DNA of 64,000 nt from an uncultured Hyphomicrobiales bacterium (GCA_964412955.1 CAYPQV010000020.1:3023-67022), one strand, 5' to 3'. Positions 21,375-31,774 are shown, numbered from the stretch's first letter. Notes: a model not told the origin generated them from the sequence alone. Translations and numbers: made by a program.

Positions 21375-21466
21375 GGCGGAGTCCCTCGTATTCGGAACCG
21401 AGACTAACACCAAATCGGTGCGGCCGGGGAGGGGCCGGGGGGAGGGGCCGAGGGAAAGGAACGCCG

Positions 21467-21697
21467 TCAGCAGCAGGAACCCGCGCCTTTGCCGCCTTGG
21501 GCCTGGATCGGCGGGCAGGGGACCGAACCGTAGGAGCAGAAGACGCAGCAATCGCCCGCCTTGGGCTTGAGCGTCGCGCCGCAGCCGGGACAGGTCCAGC
21601 GAACGAGGCAGTAATCCTCGGGCATGCGCTCGGGCGTCGCCCGGGCGCACGAGGGACACGTCAGGACCGAATTGAGGATCGGCGCGGGGATATTCAT
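21467..21697 (-). CDS. GDCCVxC-domain small Cys-rich protein
   Basis: CPSC, CPGC, KPKAGDCCVFCSYGSVPCPPIQ signature. Confidence 0.85.
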   Translation of the reverse strand: MNIPAPILNSVLTCPSCARATPERMPEDYCLVRWTCPGCGATLKPKAGDCCVFCSYGSVPCPPIQAQGGKGAGSCC

Positions 21698-21754
21698 CCG
21701 GTGGATGATAGCACCCCGAAAACGACGTCGTGCAAATACAGGCTTAACAGCATG

Positions 21755-21781
21755 ACGCCGCCCAAGATGGGCGGCGTTTTT
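21755..21781. terminator. GC-rich hairpin / intrinsic terminator downstream of rpsU
   Basis: ACGCCGCCCA-AGA-TGGGCGGCGT followed by a T-run on the + strand. Confidence 0.55.
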
Positions 21782-21801
21782 CCGGGTTCGGGATCGGGGT
21801 T

Positions 21802-22005
21802 TCAGAACCCTTCGCGTTCGAGGCGCTTGCGTTCGAGCTTGCGGGTACGGCGGATCGCTTCGGCTTTTTCCCGGGCCCGGCGTTCCGAGGGTTTCTCGAA
21901 CGCGCGGCGGATCTTCATTTCCCGGAACACGCCCTCGCGCTGGAGTTTCTTCTTCAGGACCTTGAGGGCTTGATCGACGTTGTTGTCGCGAACGGTAACC
22001 TGCAC
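21802..22005 (-). CDS. rpsU: 30S ribosomal protein S21
   Basis: [33 protein letters not shown] start at 22005. Confidence 0.96.
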   Translation of the reverse strand: MQVTVRDNNVDQALKVLKKKLQREGVFREMKIRRAFEKPSERRAREKAEAIRRTRKLERKRLEREGF

Positions 22006-22183
22006 GGGCTCTTTCGCCTCCAATGGCGCTGAACTTCGGGTTGGATCGGGCTCGCGACCGGGATTAGGCCCGGTTCCGAGCGGGGCTGGGCTTCTAGCAC
22101 GAAGGCGATGGCTTGAAAAGGGCGGAAACGGCGGGTTAACTGGCCCCCGACGTTCCCACGGGACCCCTTAGGAGCCCAAGGCC

Positions 22184-22741
22184 TTGGCCATACTCAAAAT
22201 CGCCCGCATGGGCCACCCGGTTCTGGCCCATCCCGCCGAGCCCGTGGCGGACCCGACCGCGCCCGAAATCAGGGCCCTGGTGCGGGACATGGCCGAAACC
22301 ATGCTCGACGCGCCCGGCATAGGGCTCGCCGCGCCCCAGGTCCACGTGCCGCTCCGGGTGGTCATTTTCCAGGTCCCCGAAGAGCGCGGCGCATCCCGCG
22401 CCGACGGACCGGAGCGGGTCCCGGAAGGGCTCAACATCCTGGTCAATCCCGTGATCGAGCCCGTGGGCGAGGCGATGGAGGAGGACTGGGAAGGCTGCCT
22501 CTCGGTGCCCGGCATGACCGGGCGGGTTCCGCGCTTCGCCCGCATCCGCTATTCGGCCGTCGGCCTGGACGGGCTGAGCTTCGCGCGCGAGGCCGCGGGC
22601 TTTCACGCCCGGGTGGTGCAGCACGAATGCGATCATCTCGACGGCATCGTCTATCCCATGCGCATGCACGATCTCGCGAGCTTCGGCTTCGTCGAGGAAA
22701 TCCGCAAGGCGCACGGGCGGGACGCGGGCGAGGAGGATTGA
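22184..22741 (+). CDS. def: Peptide deformylase
   Basis: GIGLAAPQV, EGCLS, QHECDHLDG. Confidence 0.96.
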   Translation: MAILKIARMGHPVLAHPAEPVADPTAPEIRALVRDMAETMLDAPGIGLAAPQVHVPLRVVIFQVPEERGASRADGPERVPEGLNILVNPVIEPVGEAMEEDWEGCLSVPGMTGRVPRFARIRYSAVGLDGLSFAREAAGFHARVVQHECDHLDGIVYPMRMHDLASFGFVEEIRKAHGRDAGEED

Positions 22742-22744
22742 GCC

Positions 22745-23500
22745 GTGGCGAAAAGGAAACCGAAAGCGCAAGCCGAACCCGGCCGCGCGACGAACGTGGA
22801 GCGTTTGCGCGACGACATTCTCGCCGCCGCCCTGGTGCACGTCGCCTTCGACGGCTGGACGGCGAAGGCGCTCGCCGCCGGGGCCCGCGACGCGGGCGCC
22901 GGTCCGGCCGGGTTGGCGCGCGCCTTCCCCGGCGGCCCCCGTGACGCGGCGCGGCATTTCGGCGCGTGGGCCGACCGCCGCATGACCGAGGCGCTCGGCC
23001 GCCAATTGCGCCGCAAGCCTCTCCGCACCCACGAGCGCGTCGCCGCGGCCGCGCGCGCGCGGCTCCGCGCGCTGGCGCCGCATCGGGAAGCGGTTCGCCG
23101 CCTGGTCGCGTTTCTCGCGCTTCCCGCGAACGCCCGGTGGGCGCCGAAGCTGGCGTGGCGGGCGGCCGACGCGATCTGGCGCGCGGCCGGGGACGCCTCG
23201 ACCGACTTCAACTACTACACCAAGCGCGCGCTGCTCGCGGGCGTCTACGGCACCACCTTGATGTTCTGGCTCACCGACGAGAGCGAGGATTTCGCCGCGA
23301 CCGATGCCTTTCTCGATCGGCGCATCGCCGACGTTATGAAAATCTTCTCGTTCCGCGCCCGCCTCAAGACGGCCGGCGACGGAATCGCGTTCGCGAAACG
23401 GTTCGGCGACGCCTTTGGGCGCCTGATTCCGCCCGGCCTCGCGCGCCGCTTCGGGCCAGGCTTTGGGCCGCGCCGGCCGCCCGGCGCGGGGCGGGCCTAG
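22745..23500 (+). CDS. COQ9 family protein (rpsU-divergently transcribed)
   Basis: HVAFDGW, DAIWRAAGDASTDFNYYTKR, FLDRRI. Confidence 0.9.
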   Translation: MAKRKPKAQAEPGRATNVERLRDDILAAALVHVAFDGWTAKALAAGARDAGAGPAGLARAFPGGPRDAARHFGAWADRRMTEALGRQLRRKPLRTHERVAAAARARLRALAPHREAVRRLVAFLALPANARWAPKLAWRAADAIWRAAGDASTDFNYYTKRALLAGVYGTTLMFWLTDESEDFAATDAFLDRRIADVMKIFSFRARLKTAGDGIAFAKRFGDAFGRLIPPGLARRFGPGFGPRRPPGAGRA

Positions 23501-23557
23501 GACTCAGGCGTCGGCGCCGTGTTAGGCTCGGGCGCTGACGGGCGGGAGGCGTAAGCC

Positions 23558-24565
23558 ATGACGACTCGGGATTTCCGCGACCGTACTCCAACGGGCGCCC
23601 AAGCGGATGTGCGCTTCGGCGGCGGCGTCGCCTCGCCGTTCGCGCCCCGGACCGATGCGCCGATCCTGGTTCCGGGCGTGGGTTCCGGGCGCGACGGCGC
23701 CGCGGCCGCGACCTCGGAGGACGCCGGGACGTTCACGTCCGCGTTCGCGCCCGCGGCGGGCGAAAGCACGCTCGCCGACCATTTCCTCGCCTGTTGCCGG
23801 CTCGGGCGCTATCTCACCGTCGCCGCCGGCGGCCGGTTCGTCATCACCGACGATTTCCGGCTGGCGGCCGCCGCGCCGCCCGCCGACGCGGCGGCGATGG
23901 CCTCGATCTATTCGCGTGATTTCCTGGTGGCGGAGTCGGCGCTGCTGCCGCTCGGCCGGTCGGCGACCGGGCTCGCGGGCCGCGAGCGCGCGAAATACGA
24001 ACGCCTGTTCGACCTGATCGAGGCGCACGCCCTTGCGCCCGGGGTCAAAACCTCGGCGCACGCGATGCTGGAGCGCGATTTCAGCCCGATCGACCTCCGG
24101 GCGATCGAGGGCGAATTCGATCTCCGCCTGTCGCCGGCCCGCAACCGTTACCGCGAATTTCTGGCCGTGGTCGCCCGGTTGATCCAGGGCGACGTGACCG
24201 CGCGCGATTTCGTGCAGGAATTCGTCGACTTCACCCGCACGGTGGCGGGACGGCTCGATTTCGGCATCTACAGCTTCTGCATCGACCGCATCTTCGGCAA
24301 CGAGCGGATTCCCCAGGGGGTCAAGCGGGTGCTGGCGGCGGAAATCGTCAAATATCCCCCGCTGGTGCGGCGCGAACTGGTCACCAACATCCTGGTCCTG
24401 CCGGGACTCGCGCCCGAACTCGCGGCGTTCACGCGCAAGCTGATCGCCGACCGGCTCGACCGGGCGCAATTGATCGAGATCGAACTCCTGGAAGCGGTGA
24501 AGGTTTCCAGGCTCTCCATGGGCGAGATCGAGCAGCGGCTGCGCCGCGAAGCCCGCCCCGCCTAA
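23558..24565 (+). CDS. Hypothetical protein (all-helical, no recognised motif)
   Basis: 335-aa ORF with host-like codon usage; GGGAGG upstream. Confidence 0.7.
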   Translation: MTTRDFRDRTPTGAQADVRFGGGVASPFAPRTDAPILVPGVGSGRDGAAAATSEDAGTFTSAFAPAAGESTLADHFLACCRLGRYLTVAAGGRFVITDDFRLAAAAPPADAAAMASIYSRDFLVAESALLPLGRSATGLAGRERAKYERLFDLIEAHALAPGVKTSAHAMLERDFSPIDLRAIEGEFDLRLSPARNRYREFLAVVARLIQGDVTARDFVQEFVDFTRTVAGRLDFGIYSFCIDRIFGNERIPQGVKRVLAAEIVKYPPLVRRELVTNILVLPGLAPELAAFTRKLIADRLDRAQLIEIELLEAVKVSRLSMGEIEQRLRREARPA

Positions 24566-24580
24566 GCCGGGCCGTTGCCG

Positions 24581-24682
24581 TCAGCGGGTCCGCGTTTGCC
24601 GGTTGGCCCAGGCGACGACCACCGCGAACACCACGAACGCGCCGATCGAGACGACGAGAAAAGCCGTTTCTCCTCCGGTCAT
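24581..24682 (-). CDS. 33-aa single-pass membrane microprotein (not in the ORF track)
   Basis: MTGGETAFLVVSIGAFVVFAVVVAWANRQTRTR; SD GGGGAG 6 nt upstream of ATG. Confidence 0.6.
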   Translation of the reverse strand: MTGGETAFLVVSIGAFVVFAVVVAWANRQTRTR

Positions 24683-24758
24683 GAGCGATCTCCCCTAACC
24701 CATAATTGGATTGTGGGAATAATCGCCGAAACGCTGAATAGCCGCAATATTTTTATGT

Positions 24759-25871
24759 CTATGATTTTCGGGCGTCGGGCCGGGCGAGAGAGCCCTTGGG
24801 GAACAGCCGGGTCACGTGGCCCATCTTGCGGCCCTCGCGCGCCTCGGCCTTGCCGTAGAGATGCAGGCAGGCGCCCGATTCGGCGGCGAGCGCGGGCCAG
24901 TTGTCCACGTCCCGGCCGATCAGGTTGGTCATGACCGCGTCCGAATGGCGCTCGACCATGCCGAGCGGCAGTCCGGTGATGGCGCGCACCAGTTGCTCGA
25001 ACTGGCTGACCGGGCAGGCGTCCAGGGTCCAGTGGCCGGAATTGTGCGGCCGGGGGGCGATCTCGTTGACCAAAAGCCGGCCGTCGCGGGCGACGAACAT
25101 CTCGACCGCGAGCAGGCCGACCACGCCGAGGGCGGCGGTGATTTTTTCGGCGTACGCGCGCGCCCGGTCGGCAAGCTCCGCGGAAATGCGCGCCGGCGCC
25201 GTGGTGGTGTCGAGGATATGGCGGGTGTGCACGTTCTCGACCGCCGGATAGGCGGCCATGGCGCCGTCGAGGCCGCGCGCGACGATCACGGAAATCTCCC
25301 GCTCCAGGTCGATGAATCCCTCCAGGATTCCCCGTTCGGCGCCCATCGCCGTCCAGGCGGCGGCAAAATCGTCGCCGGGCGAAATCTTCACCTGGCCCTT
25401 GCCGTCGTAGCCGAGCTGCGCGGTCTTGAGCACGGCGGGCAGGCCGATGTCGCGCGCCGCGGCCTCGAGCGCCCGGACGCCCTCGACCGCCCGCCACGGG
25501 GCGGTGGCGATGTCGCGCGCGTTGATGAACTTTTTTTCCTCGATCCGGTCCTGGGCCACGGCGAGAACGTCGGCGTTCGGGCGCGTCGGCTTGAACCGGG
25601 CGAGATGGCGCACGCACTCGACCGGAATGTTTTCGAATTCGAACGTGACGACGTCGACGGCGCGGGCGAAGGACCGGAGCGCGCCCTCGTCCGCGTAGGG
25701 CGCGACCGTGGTTCGCTCCGCCACCTGGCCCGCCGGCGAGTCCGATTCGGGCGTGAAGACGCGGCAACGATAGCCGAGACGCGCGGCGGCCAGCGCGGTC
25801 ATGCGCCCGAGCTGCCCGCCGCCGATGATGCCGATGGCGCTTCCCGGCGCCAGCGGCGCGGTCGGGGTCAT
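24759..25871 (-). CDS. purK: N5-CAIR synthase
   Basis: [35 protein letters not shown]. Confidence 0.96.
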   Translation of the reverse strand: MTPTAPLAPGSAIGIIGGGQLGRMTALAAARLGYRCRVFTPESDSPAGQVAERTTVAPYADEGALRSFARAVDVVTFEFENIPVECVRHLARFKPTRPNADVLAVAQDRIEEKKFINARDIATAPWRAVEGVRALEAAARDIGLPAVLKTAQLGYDGKGQVKISPGDDFAAAWTAMGAERGILEGFIDLEREISVIVARGLDGAMAAYPAVENVHTRHILDTTTAPARISAELADRARAYAEKITAALGVVGLLAVEMFVARDGRLLVNEIAPRPHNSGHWTLDACPVSQFEQLVRAITGLPLGMVERHSDAVMTNLIGRDVDNWPALAAESGACLHLYGKAEAREGRKMGHVTRLFPKGSLARPDARKS

Positions 25872-26425
25872 CGCGACCGCCGCCGGCGGGAAGCCGTCGG
25901 CCCGTCCTTGGGCGCTCGGGCGATGGCGGAGGTCTGCGCCGCCCGCCAGGAATCGAGCCGGGCGCGCACACGCGCGTTTCCGGTCGCGATCACGGCGGCG
26001 GCGAGCAACGCGGCGTTGATCGCCCCGGCGCGACCGATCGCCAGCGTGCCGACCGGAATGCCGGGCGGCATCTGGGCGATCGAGAGCAGGCTGTCGAGCC
26101 CTTTCAGAGTTTTCGATTCGACCGGAACCCCGAACACCGGCAGTGCGGTCAGGGCCGCGACCATGCCGGGAAGGTGCGCCGCGCCGCCGGCGCCGGCGAT
26201 GATCGCCTTCAAGCCGCGCGCGCGGGCGGAAAGGGCGTATTGGTAGAGGCGCTTCGGCGTGCGGTGGGCGGAGACGATTCGCGCCTCGAACGGGATCCCG
26301 AGTGCCTTCAAGGTCTCGGTCGCGTGCCGGAGCGTCGCCCAGTCAGACTGGCTGCCCATGATCACGCCGACCTCGGGCTTGCGCCGCGATCGGGCCGATT
26401 GGCGTTGGGTTCGGGAGGACGGCAT
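25868..26425 (-). CDS. purE: N5-CAIR mutase
   Basis: [24 protein letters not shown]. Confidence 0.97.
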   Translation of the reverse strand: MPSSRTQRQSARSRRKPEVGVIMGSQSDWATLRHATETLKALGIPFEARIVSAHRTPKRLYQYALSARARGLKAIIAGAGGAAHLPGMVAALTALPVFGVPVESKTLKGLDSLLSIAQMPPGIPVGTLAIGRAGAINAALLAAAVIATGNARVRARLDSWRAAQTSAIARAPKDGPTASRRRRSR

Positions 26426-26604
26426 GGGCGCTTTCCGGGGTGCGGGAAGCGGGGGATTATAGGCGCGGGGCCTCGGCTGACAAGCCTGGACCGGGCGCCG
26501 TTAACCTCGAATACACGCGATGGGCTATACTGAACGGACGGGCGGACAGGCCCGGCTTCCGGTCGCGCCGCCCGTCCGAAATTTGGGCGCCCGGAGTTCG
26601 AGCG

Positions 26605-27390
26605 ATGGAAAAGGACCTCGGTCCGCCCGCCATCGAACCGACGCGCGATGGCGGACGCAAATCCCCGTATCCCGCGCCGCGCCGCAAGGGCGCCGGCCAA
26701 AACGACGCGCGCGACGACGAACACGGCCGCGAACACGAAGGCGGGCACGGCGGCGACGCGCCCTCCGACACGGCGTCCGATACGGCCATCAACGTGACCA
26801 TCGCCGGGCTTGCCGCCGACAAGCTCTCGCCCGAAACCGAGCGGGTGATCGAGGGCCTGCTCGCCGAACTCGGCCAGGTGCGCGGCGAACTGGACGTCGC
26901 CCGGCGCCGGTTGGCCCAACTCGAACAGGTCGTCGATCACCACCCGTATTTGCCGGTGTCGAGCCGCCGGGCGTTTCGCGGCCAGATCGCGCACGCGCGC
27001 GGCCGATTACAGGAATTTCCGTCCCCCCCCAGCCTGTTGATGGTCAGCCTCGTCAACGGCGACGCGATCCGGCGCGAATTCGGCATCGCCGCGCGCGACA
27101 AGGCGCTCGGCCTTTTGTGCGACGCGCTGCGGGCGAGCGTGGCGCCGGGCGATTTCGTCGGCAGCCTGACCGGCAGCGAACTCGCCGCCCTGGTGTTCGT
27201 CGCCGACGAAGCGGGCCGCGAAAAACTGCGCGATGCGCTCGCGCGCGCGGTCGCGGATCGTCCGTTTCCCGCCGCCGCCCGCCGGGTGGATTTGGAGGTC
27301 GCGATCGGCTTCGCCAGTTTGAGCGCGGGCGGCGACGTCGATGACTTGATCGCCGCCGCCGACGCCAACCTGATGGCGGGACTGCGCTAG
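26605..27390 (+). CDS. Coiled-coil plus degenerate GGDEF-domain protein
   Basis: GGDEF-fold remnants (IRREFG..ARD.AL, DFVGSLTGSELA, ADANL); start uncertain. Confidence 0.65.
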   Translation: MEKDLGPPAIEPTRDGGRKSPYPAPRRKGAGQNDARDDEHGREHEGGHGGDAPSDTASDTAINVTIAGLAADKLSPETERVIEGLLAELGQVRGELDVARRRLAQLEQVVDHHPYLPVSSRRAFRGQIAHARGRLQEFPSPPSLLMVSLVNGDAIRREFGIAARDKALGLLCDALRASVAPGDFVGSLTGSELAALVFVADEAGREKLRDALARAVADRPFPAAARRVDLEVAIGFASLSAGGDVDDLIAAADANLMAGLR

Positions 27391-27394
27391 ACGA

Positions 27395-27595
27395 TCAGGC
27401 GATGATGTCGGGAATCAGCAGGTTCTCGATCGCGGAAATCTGGTCCTTGAGGAGCAGTTTGCGCTTCTTCAGGCGCTGAAGCTGGAGCCGGTCGTGGCGA
27501 TCGTTCTCGGTCAGGCGCCGGATGACATCGTCGAGATCGCGGTGTTCCAGCCGCAACGCCTCGAGGCGCTCTTTGAGGGCCTGTGGATCGTTCAT
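27395..27595 (-). CDS. YdcH/DUF465 family protein
   Basis: EHRDLD, QRLKKRKLLLKDQI, LIPDIIA. Confidence 0.88.
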   Translation of the reverse strand: MNDPQALKERLEALRLEHRDLDDVIRRLTENDRHDRLQLQRLKKRKLLLKDQISAIENLLIPDIIA

Positions 27596-27850
27596 GACGG
27601 CTTTCGAATCCCCGCGCGCCTGTCCCGGCCCTTGGCCGGTTTTTTGGAATGATCCCAAACTTGCCCGGCGCCGTTTCGCGCCGACGGCGCGGGCCCCTTT
27701 TTGTGGAACCGGAGCGGCGTTTCGGATATCATAACCGAACGTGCCGGGAGCGAGAACGGCTCGCCCGAATGCCGGGAAAAACGGCATCCCCGCGACGGGC
27801 GGACCCGGCGCCGCGTTCGCTAGGTGCAATATGGAAATAGGGAATCATCC

Positions 27851-28018
27851 ATGAGCCAGCAGGAGAGACTGAACGCTCTCAAGGCCCGGCACGAAGCACT
27901 CGAGTCCGCCATCGCCGAGGAAAACACCCACTCCCATCCGGACGAAGTCCGGATTCACGAACTCAAGAAACAAAAACTGAGAATCAAGGACGAGATCGCC
28001 GGCCTATCGTCGCACTGA
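27851..28018 (+). CDS. YdcH/DUF465 family protein
   Basis: LKARHEALE, ELKKQKLRIKDEI. Confidence 0.85.
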   Translation: MSQQERLNALKARHEALESAIAEENTHSHPDEVRIHELKKQKLRIKDEIAGLSSH

Positions 28019-28068
28019 GCCTACTTTCGCCGCCGGACGCCGGGAGCCGGGCGCGGACATATCCGCGC

Positions 28069-29694
28069 TCAGGCGTTCTTCGCCATCTCGCGCAGCTTGA
28101 ATTTCTGGATTTTGCCGGTCGAGGTCTTGGGCAGCGGCCCGAACACCACCCGGCGCGGGCACTTGAACTTGGCCAGCCGCTCGCGGCAGAAGGCGATGAT
28201 TTCGTCCTCGCTCGCGGCCTTGCCCGGTTTCAGTTCCACGAACGCGCACGGGGTTTCGCCCCATTTCTCGTCCGGCTTGGCGACCACGGCGGCCAGCATC
28301 ACGGAGGGGTGCGCGGCGATGGCGCCCTCGACCTCGATCGAGGAAATGTTCTCGCCGCCCGAGATGATGATGTCCTTGGAACGGTCCTTGATCTGGATGT
28401 AGCCGTCCGGGTGCATCGCGGCGAGATCGCCGGAATGGAACCAGCCGTCCTTGAAGGCTTCGGCGGTCGCCCTCGGGTTCTTGAGGTAGCCCTTCATCAC
28501 GATGTTGCCGCGGAACATGATTTCGCCCGCGGTCCGGCCGTCGGACGGCACCGGGGTCATGGTTTCCGGGTCCATCACCGCGAGGCCGTCGAGGACGTGG
28601 TAGCGCACGCCCTGGCGCGATTTCAATTCGGCCTGCTTCTCGATCGGCAGCGCGTCCCACTCCGGATGCCACGCGCACATCACCGCCGGGCCGTAGGTTT
28701 CGGTGAGGCCGTAGACGTGGGTGACGTTGAACCCGGCGCGCTGCATCCCGGCCAGGGTCGCCGCCGGCGGCGGCGCGGCGGCGGTCATGACCTGGACCGC
28801 GTGGGGCAGGGGCTTCTTCTCCGCCTCGGTCGCGTTGATGACGAAATTGAGCACGATCGGCGCGCCGCAGAAATGGGTTACCTTGTGCTCGGCGATGGCG
28901 GCGAAGATGGTCGCGGCGCTGACCCGCCTCAGGCACACGCTGGTGCCGGCGACGGCGGCGAGCGTCCACGGGAAGCACCAGCCGTTGCAGTGGAACATGG
29001 GCAGCGTCCAGAGATAGACCGGGTGGTGCCCCATGTTCCAGCCGACCGCGTTGCTGAGCGCGTTCAGGTAAGCGCCGCGGTGGTGATAGACGACCCCCTT
29101 GGGATTGCCGGTGGTGCCGGACGTGTAGTTGAGCGAGATCGCGTTCCATTCGTCGTCGGGCATGGCCCAGGCGAAATCCGGATCGCCCCCGGCGATGAAC
29201 GACTCGTAATCGGTTTCGCCGAGCCGCTCGCCCGGGCCGCCGTATTCGCTGTCGACGATGTCGATCACCCGTATCCTGGTCTTGAGCCGGGCGAGGGCCT
29301 CCTTGATCGCGGGCGAAAATTCGGTGTCGGTGAGCAGCACCTTGGCTTCACCGTGTTCGAGGCAGAAGGCGAGCGCGGGCCCGTCGAGCCGGACGTTGAG
29401 GGTGTTGAGCACCGCGCCGAGCATGGGCACGGCGAAGCTCGCTTCGTAGATTTCGGGCGTGTTGGAGGCCATGACCGCGACCGTGTCGTCGCGGCCGACG
29501 CCGAGTTTCGCGAGCGCGCTCGCGAACCGGCGGCAGCGGGCGTAGGTCTCCTTCCAGGTGAAGCGTTTCCGTTCGTGGATGACGGCGGTGTGGTCGGGAT
29601 AGACGGCCGCGGCCCGCTCCAGGAAGGTGAGCGGCGAAAGGGCCGCGAAGTTAGCGGCGTTGCGATCCAGGTCGCGGTCGTAAATCGAGGGCAT
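28069..29694 (-). CDS. Acyl-CoA synthetase (AMP-forming)
   Basis: NYTSGTTGNPKGV, PMFHCNGW, YGLTE, PKTSTGKIQK. Confidence 0.92.
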   Translation of the reverse strand: MPSIYDRDLDRNAANFAALSPLTFLERAAAVYPDHTAVIHERKRFTWKETYARCRRFASALAKLGVGRDDTVAVMASNTPEIYEASFAVPMLGAVLNTLNVRLDGPALAFCLEHGEAKVLLTDTEFSPAIKEALARLKTRIRVIDIVDSEYGGPGERLGETDYESFIAGGDPDFAWAMPDDEWNAISLNYTSGTTGNPKGVVYHHRGAYLNALSNAVGWNMGHHPVYLWTLPMFHCNGWCFPWTLAAVAGTSVCLRRVSAATIFAAIAEHKVTHFCGAPIVLNFVINATEAEKKPLPHAVQVMTAAAPPPAATLAGMQRAGFNVTHVYGLTETYGPAVMCAWHPEWDALPIEKQAELKSRQGVRYHVLDGLAVMDPETMTPVPSDGRTAGEIMFRGNIVMKGYLKNPRATAEAFKDGWFHSGDLAAMHPDGYIQIKDRSKDIIISGGENISSIEVEGAIAAHPSVMLAAVVAKPDEKWGETPCAFVELKPGKAASEDEIIAFCRERLAKFKCPRRVVFGPLPKTSTGKIQKFKLREMAKNA

Positions 29695-29860
29695 TGCGGG
29701 GCCTGCCGAAGGGTGGAGAGACGTGGAATTTGCCACAAACCCGACTGGCGAAAAACGAGCTTTTGTCGCAAACTTGCCCCGCGGCGGAGCGGGAGAGGGG
29801 ACGCCCGCGCCGCGATCAATGGACGGCCGGTCAACGGGCGCCCGCAACCGGGGGGACCCC

Positions 29861-31774
29861 ATGCCCAATCCCTATGACGTTGCCCATGAACGTTCGCTCA
29901 AGGACCCGGAAGGGTTCTGGGGCGAGGCCGCCCGGGCGGTCCGCTGGACCCGCAAGTGGTCCCGGGTACTCGACGACTCCAACCCGCCGTTTACCCGCTG
30001 GTTCGTCGGCGGCGAGTTGAACACCTGCTTCAACGCCGTCGACCGCCACGTGGAGGAAGGCCGCGCCGACCAGCCGGCGCTGATCTACGACAGCCCCGTC
30101 ACCAACCAGATCCGCAAATTCACCTACCGCGAGCTGCGGGACCAGGTCGCGCGCGCCGCCGGCATGTTGGCCGCGCGCGGCGTGGCCAAGGGCGACCGGG
30201 TGATCATCTACATGCCGATGGTGCCGGAAGCGGCGATCGGCATGCTCGCGTGCGCGCGCCTGGGCGCGGTCCATTCGGTGGTGTTCGGCGGCTTCGCCGC
30301 CAACGAACTCGCGGTCCGCATCGACGACGCCAAGCCGAAGGTGATTCTGTCGGCCTCCTGCGGCATCGAGGTCAACCGGGTGATCCCGTACAAGGGCCTG
30401 CTCGACGGCGCGATCGATATCGCCAGGCACAAGCCTGCCGCCTGCATCATCCTGCAACGGCCCCAGGCCAAGGCCGATCTCAAGCCGGGCCGCGATTTCG
30501 ACTGGGCCGACGAAGCGGCCAAGGCCAAGCCGGCCGCGTGCGTGCCGGTCGCGGCGACCGATCCGCTCTACATCCTCTACACCTCCGGCACCACCGGCCA
30601 GCCCAAGGGCGTGGTGCGCGACAACGGCGGCCATTGCGTCGCCCTCAAGTGGACCATGAAGGCGGTCTACGACGTCGATCCCGGCGACGTGTTCTGGGCG
30701 GCGTCCGACGTCGGCTGGGTGGTCGGGCACTCCTACATCGTCTACGCGCCGCTGTTCCACGGCTGCACCTCGATCCTCTACGAGGGCAAGCCGGTCGGCA
30801 CGCCGGACGCCGGCGCCTATTGGCGGGTGATCGCGGCGCACGGGGTCAAGACCCTGTTCACCGCGCCGACCGCGTTCCGCGCCATCAAGCGCGACGACCC
30901 CAACGGCGAGCTTCTGAAAAAATACGATCTGTCCTCGTTCAAGATCCTGTTTCTCGCCGGCGAGCGGACCGATCCCGACACCCTCAAGTGGGCGGAGGAC
31001 AAAACCCGCCGCCCGGTCATCGACCACTGGTGGCAGACGGAGTCGGGCTCGCCCATGGCCGCCAACTGCATGGGGCTGCACCGTTTCCCGGTCAAGCCCG
31101 GCTCGCCGACCAAGGCGGTGCCCGGCTGGAAGATCGAGGTGCTCGACGAAAACGGGCGTCCGGTCAAGCCGGGCACCATCGGCGCGATCTGCTGCAAGCT
31201 GCCGCTGCCGCCCGGCACGTTCCCGACGCTGTGGAACGCGGACCAGCGCTTCAAGGAATCCTACTTCGCCGAGTATCCCGGCTATTACAAGACCGGCGAC
31301 GCGGGCTTCATCGACGAGGACGGCTACATCTCGATCATGGCCCGCACCGACGACATCATCAACGTCGCCGGCCACCGGCTCTCGACCGGGGCGATGGAGG
31401 AAGTGCTCGCCTCGCACCCGGACGTGGCCGAATGCGCGGTGATCGGCGTTGCCGATTCGCTGAAAGGCCAGGTGCCGCTCGGCTTCCTGGTCTACAAGGC
31501 GGGCGTCAAGCGCGCGCCCGAGGACGTGGTGGGCGAGGTGGTCAAGCTGGTGCGCGACAGGATCGGCCCCGTCGCCGCGTTCAAGACCGCGACCGTGGTC
31601 CAGCGCCTGCCCAAGACCCGCTCGGGCAAGATTTTGCGCGGCACCATGCAGAAGATCGCCGACAGCGAGGCGTACAAAACGCCGGCGACCATCGACGATC
31701 CGGCGATTCTCGACGAAATCGCCGCGGCGCTGGGCAAGCTCGGCTACGCCAAGGAAAGCAGGCGCCAGGGCTAG
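29861..31774 (+). CDS. prpE: Propionyl-CoA synthetase
   Basis: YTSGTTGQPKG, DVGWVVGHSY, DHWWQTE, LPKTRSGK. Confidence 0.85.
   Translation: MPNPYDVAHERSLKDPEGFWGEAARAVRWTRKWSRVLDDSNPPFTRWFVGGELNTCFNAVDRHVEEGRADQPALIYDSPVTNQIRKFTYRELRDQVARAAGMLAARGVAKGDRVIIYMPMVPEAAIGMLACARLGAVHSVVFGGFAANELAVRIDDAKPKVILSASCGIEVNRVIPYKGLLDGAIDIARHKPAACIILQRPQAKADLKPGRDFDWADEAAKAKPAACVPVAATDPLYILYTSGTTGQPKGVVRDNGGHCVALKWTMKAVYDVDPGDVFWAASDVGWVVGHSYIVYAPLFHGCTSILYEGKPVGTPDAGAYWRVIAAHGVKTLFTAPTAFRAIKRDDPNGELLKKYDLSSFKILFLAGERTDPDTLKWAEDKTRRPVIDHWWQTESGSPMAANCMGLHRFPVKPGSPTKAVPGWKIEVLDENGRPVKPGTIGAICCKLPLPPGTFPTLWNADQRFKESYFAEYPGYYKTGDAGFIDEDGYISIMARTDDIINVAGHRLSTGAMEEVLASHPDVAECAVIGVADSLKGQVPLGFLVYKAGVKRAPEDVVGEVVKLVRDRIGPVAAFKTATVVQRLPKTRSGKILRGTMQKIADSEAYKTPATIDDPAILDEIAAALGKLGYAKESRRQG

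Noticed and set aside
21467..21475. Selenocysteine read-through at TGC-TGC-TGA of the GDCCVxC gene
   Set aside because: The domain is complete before the TGA, the downstream frame is low-complexity, and no convincing SECIS hairpin was seen
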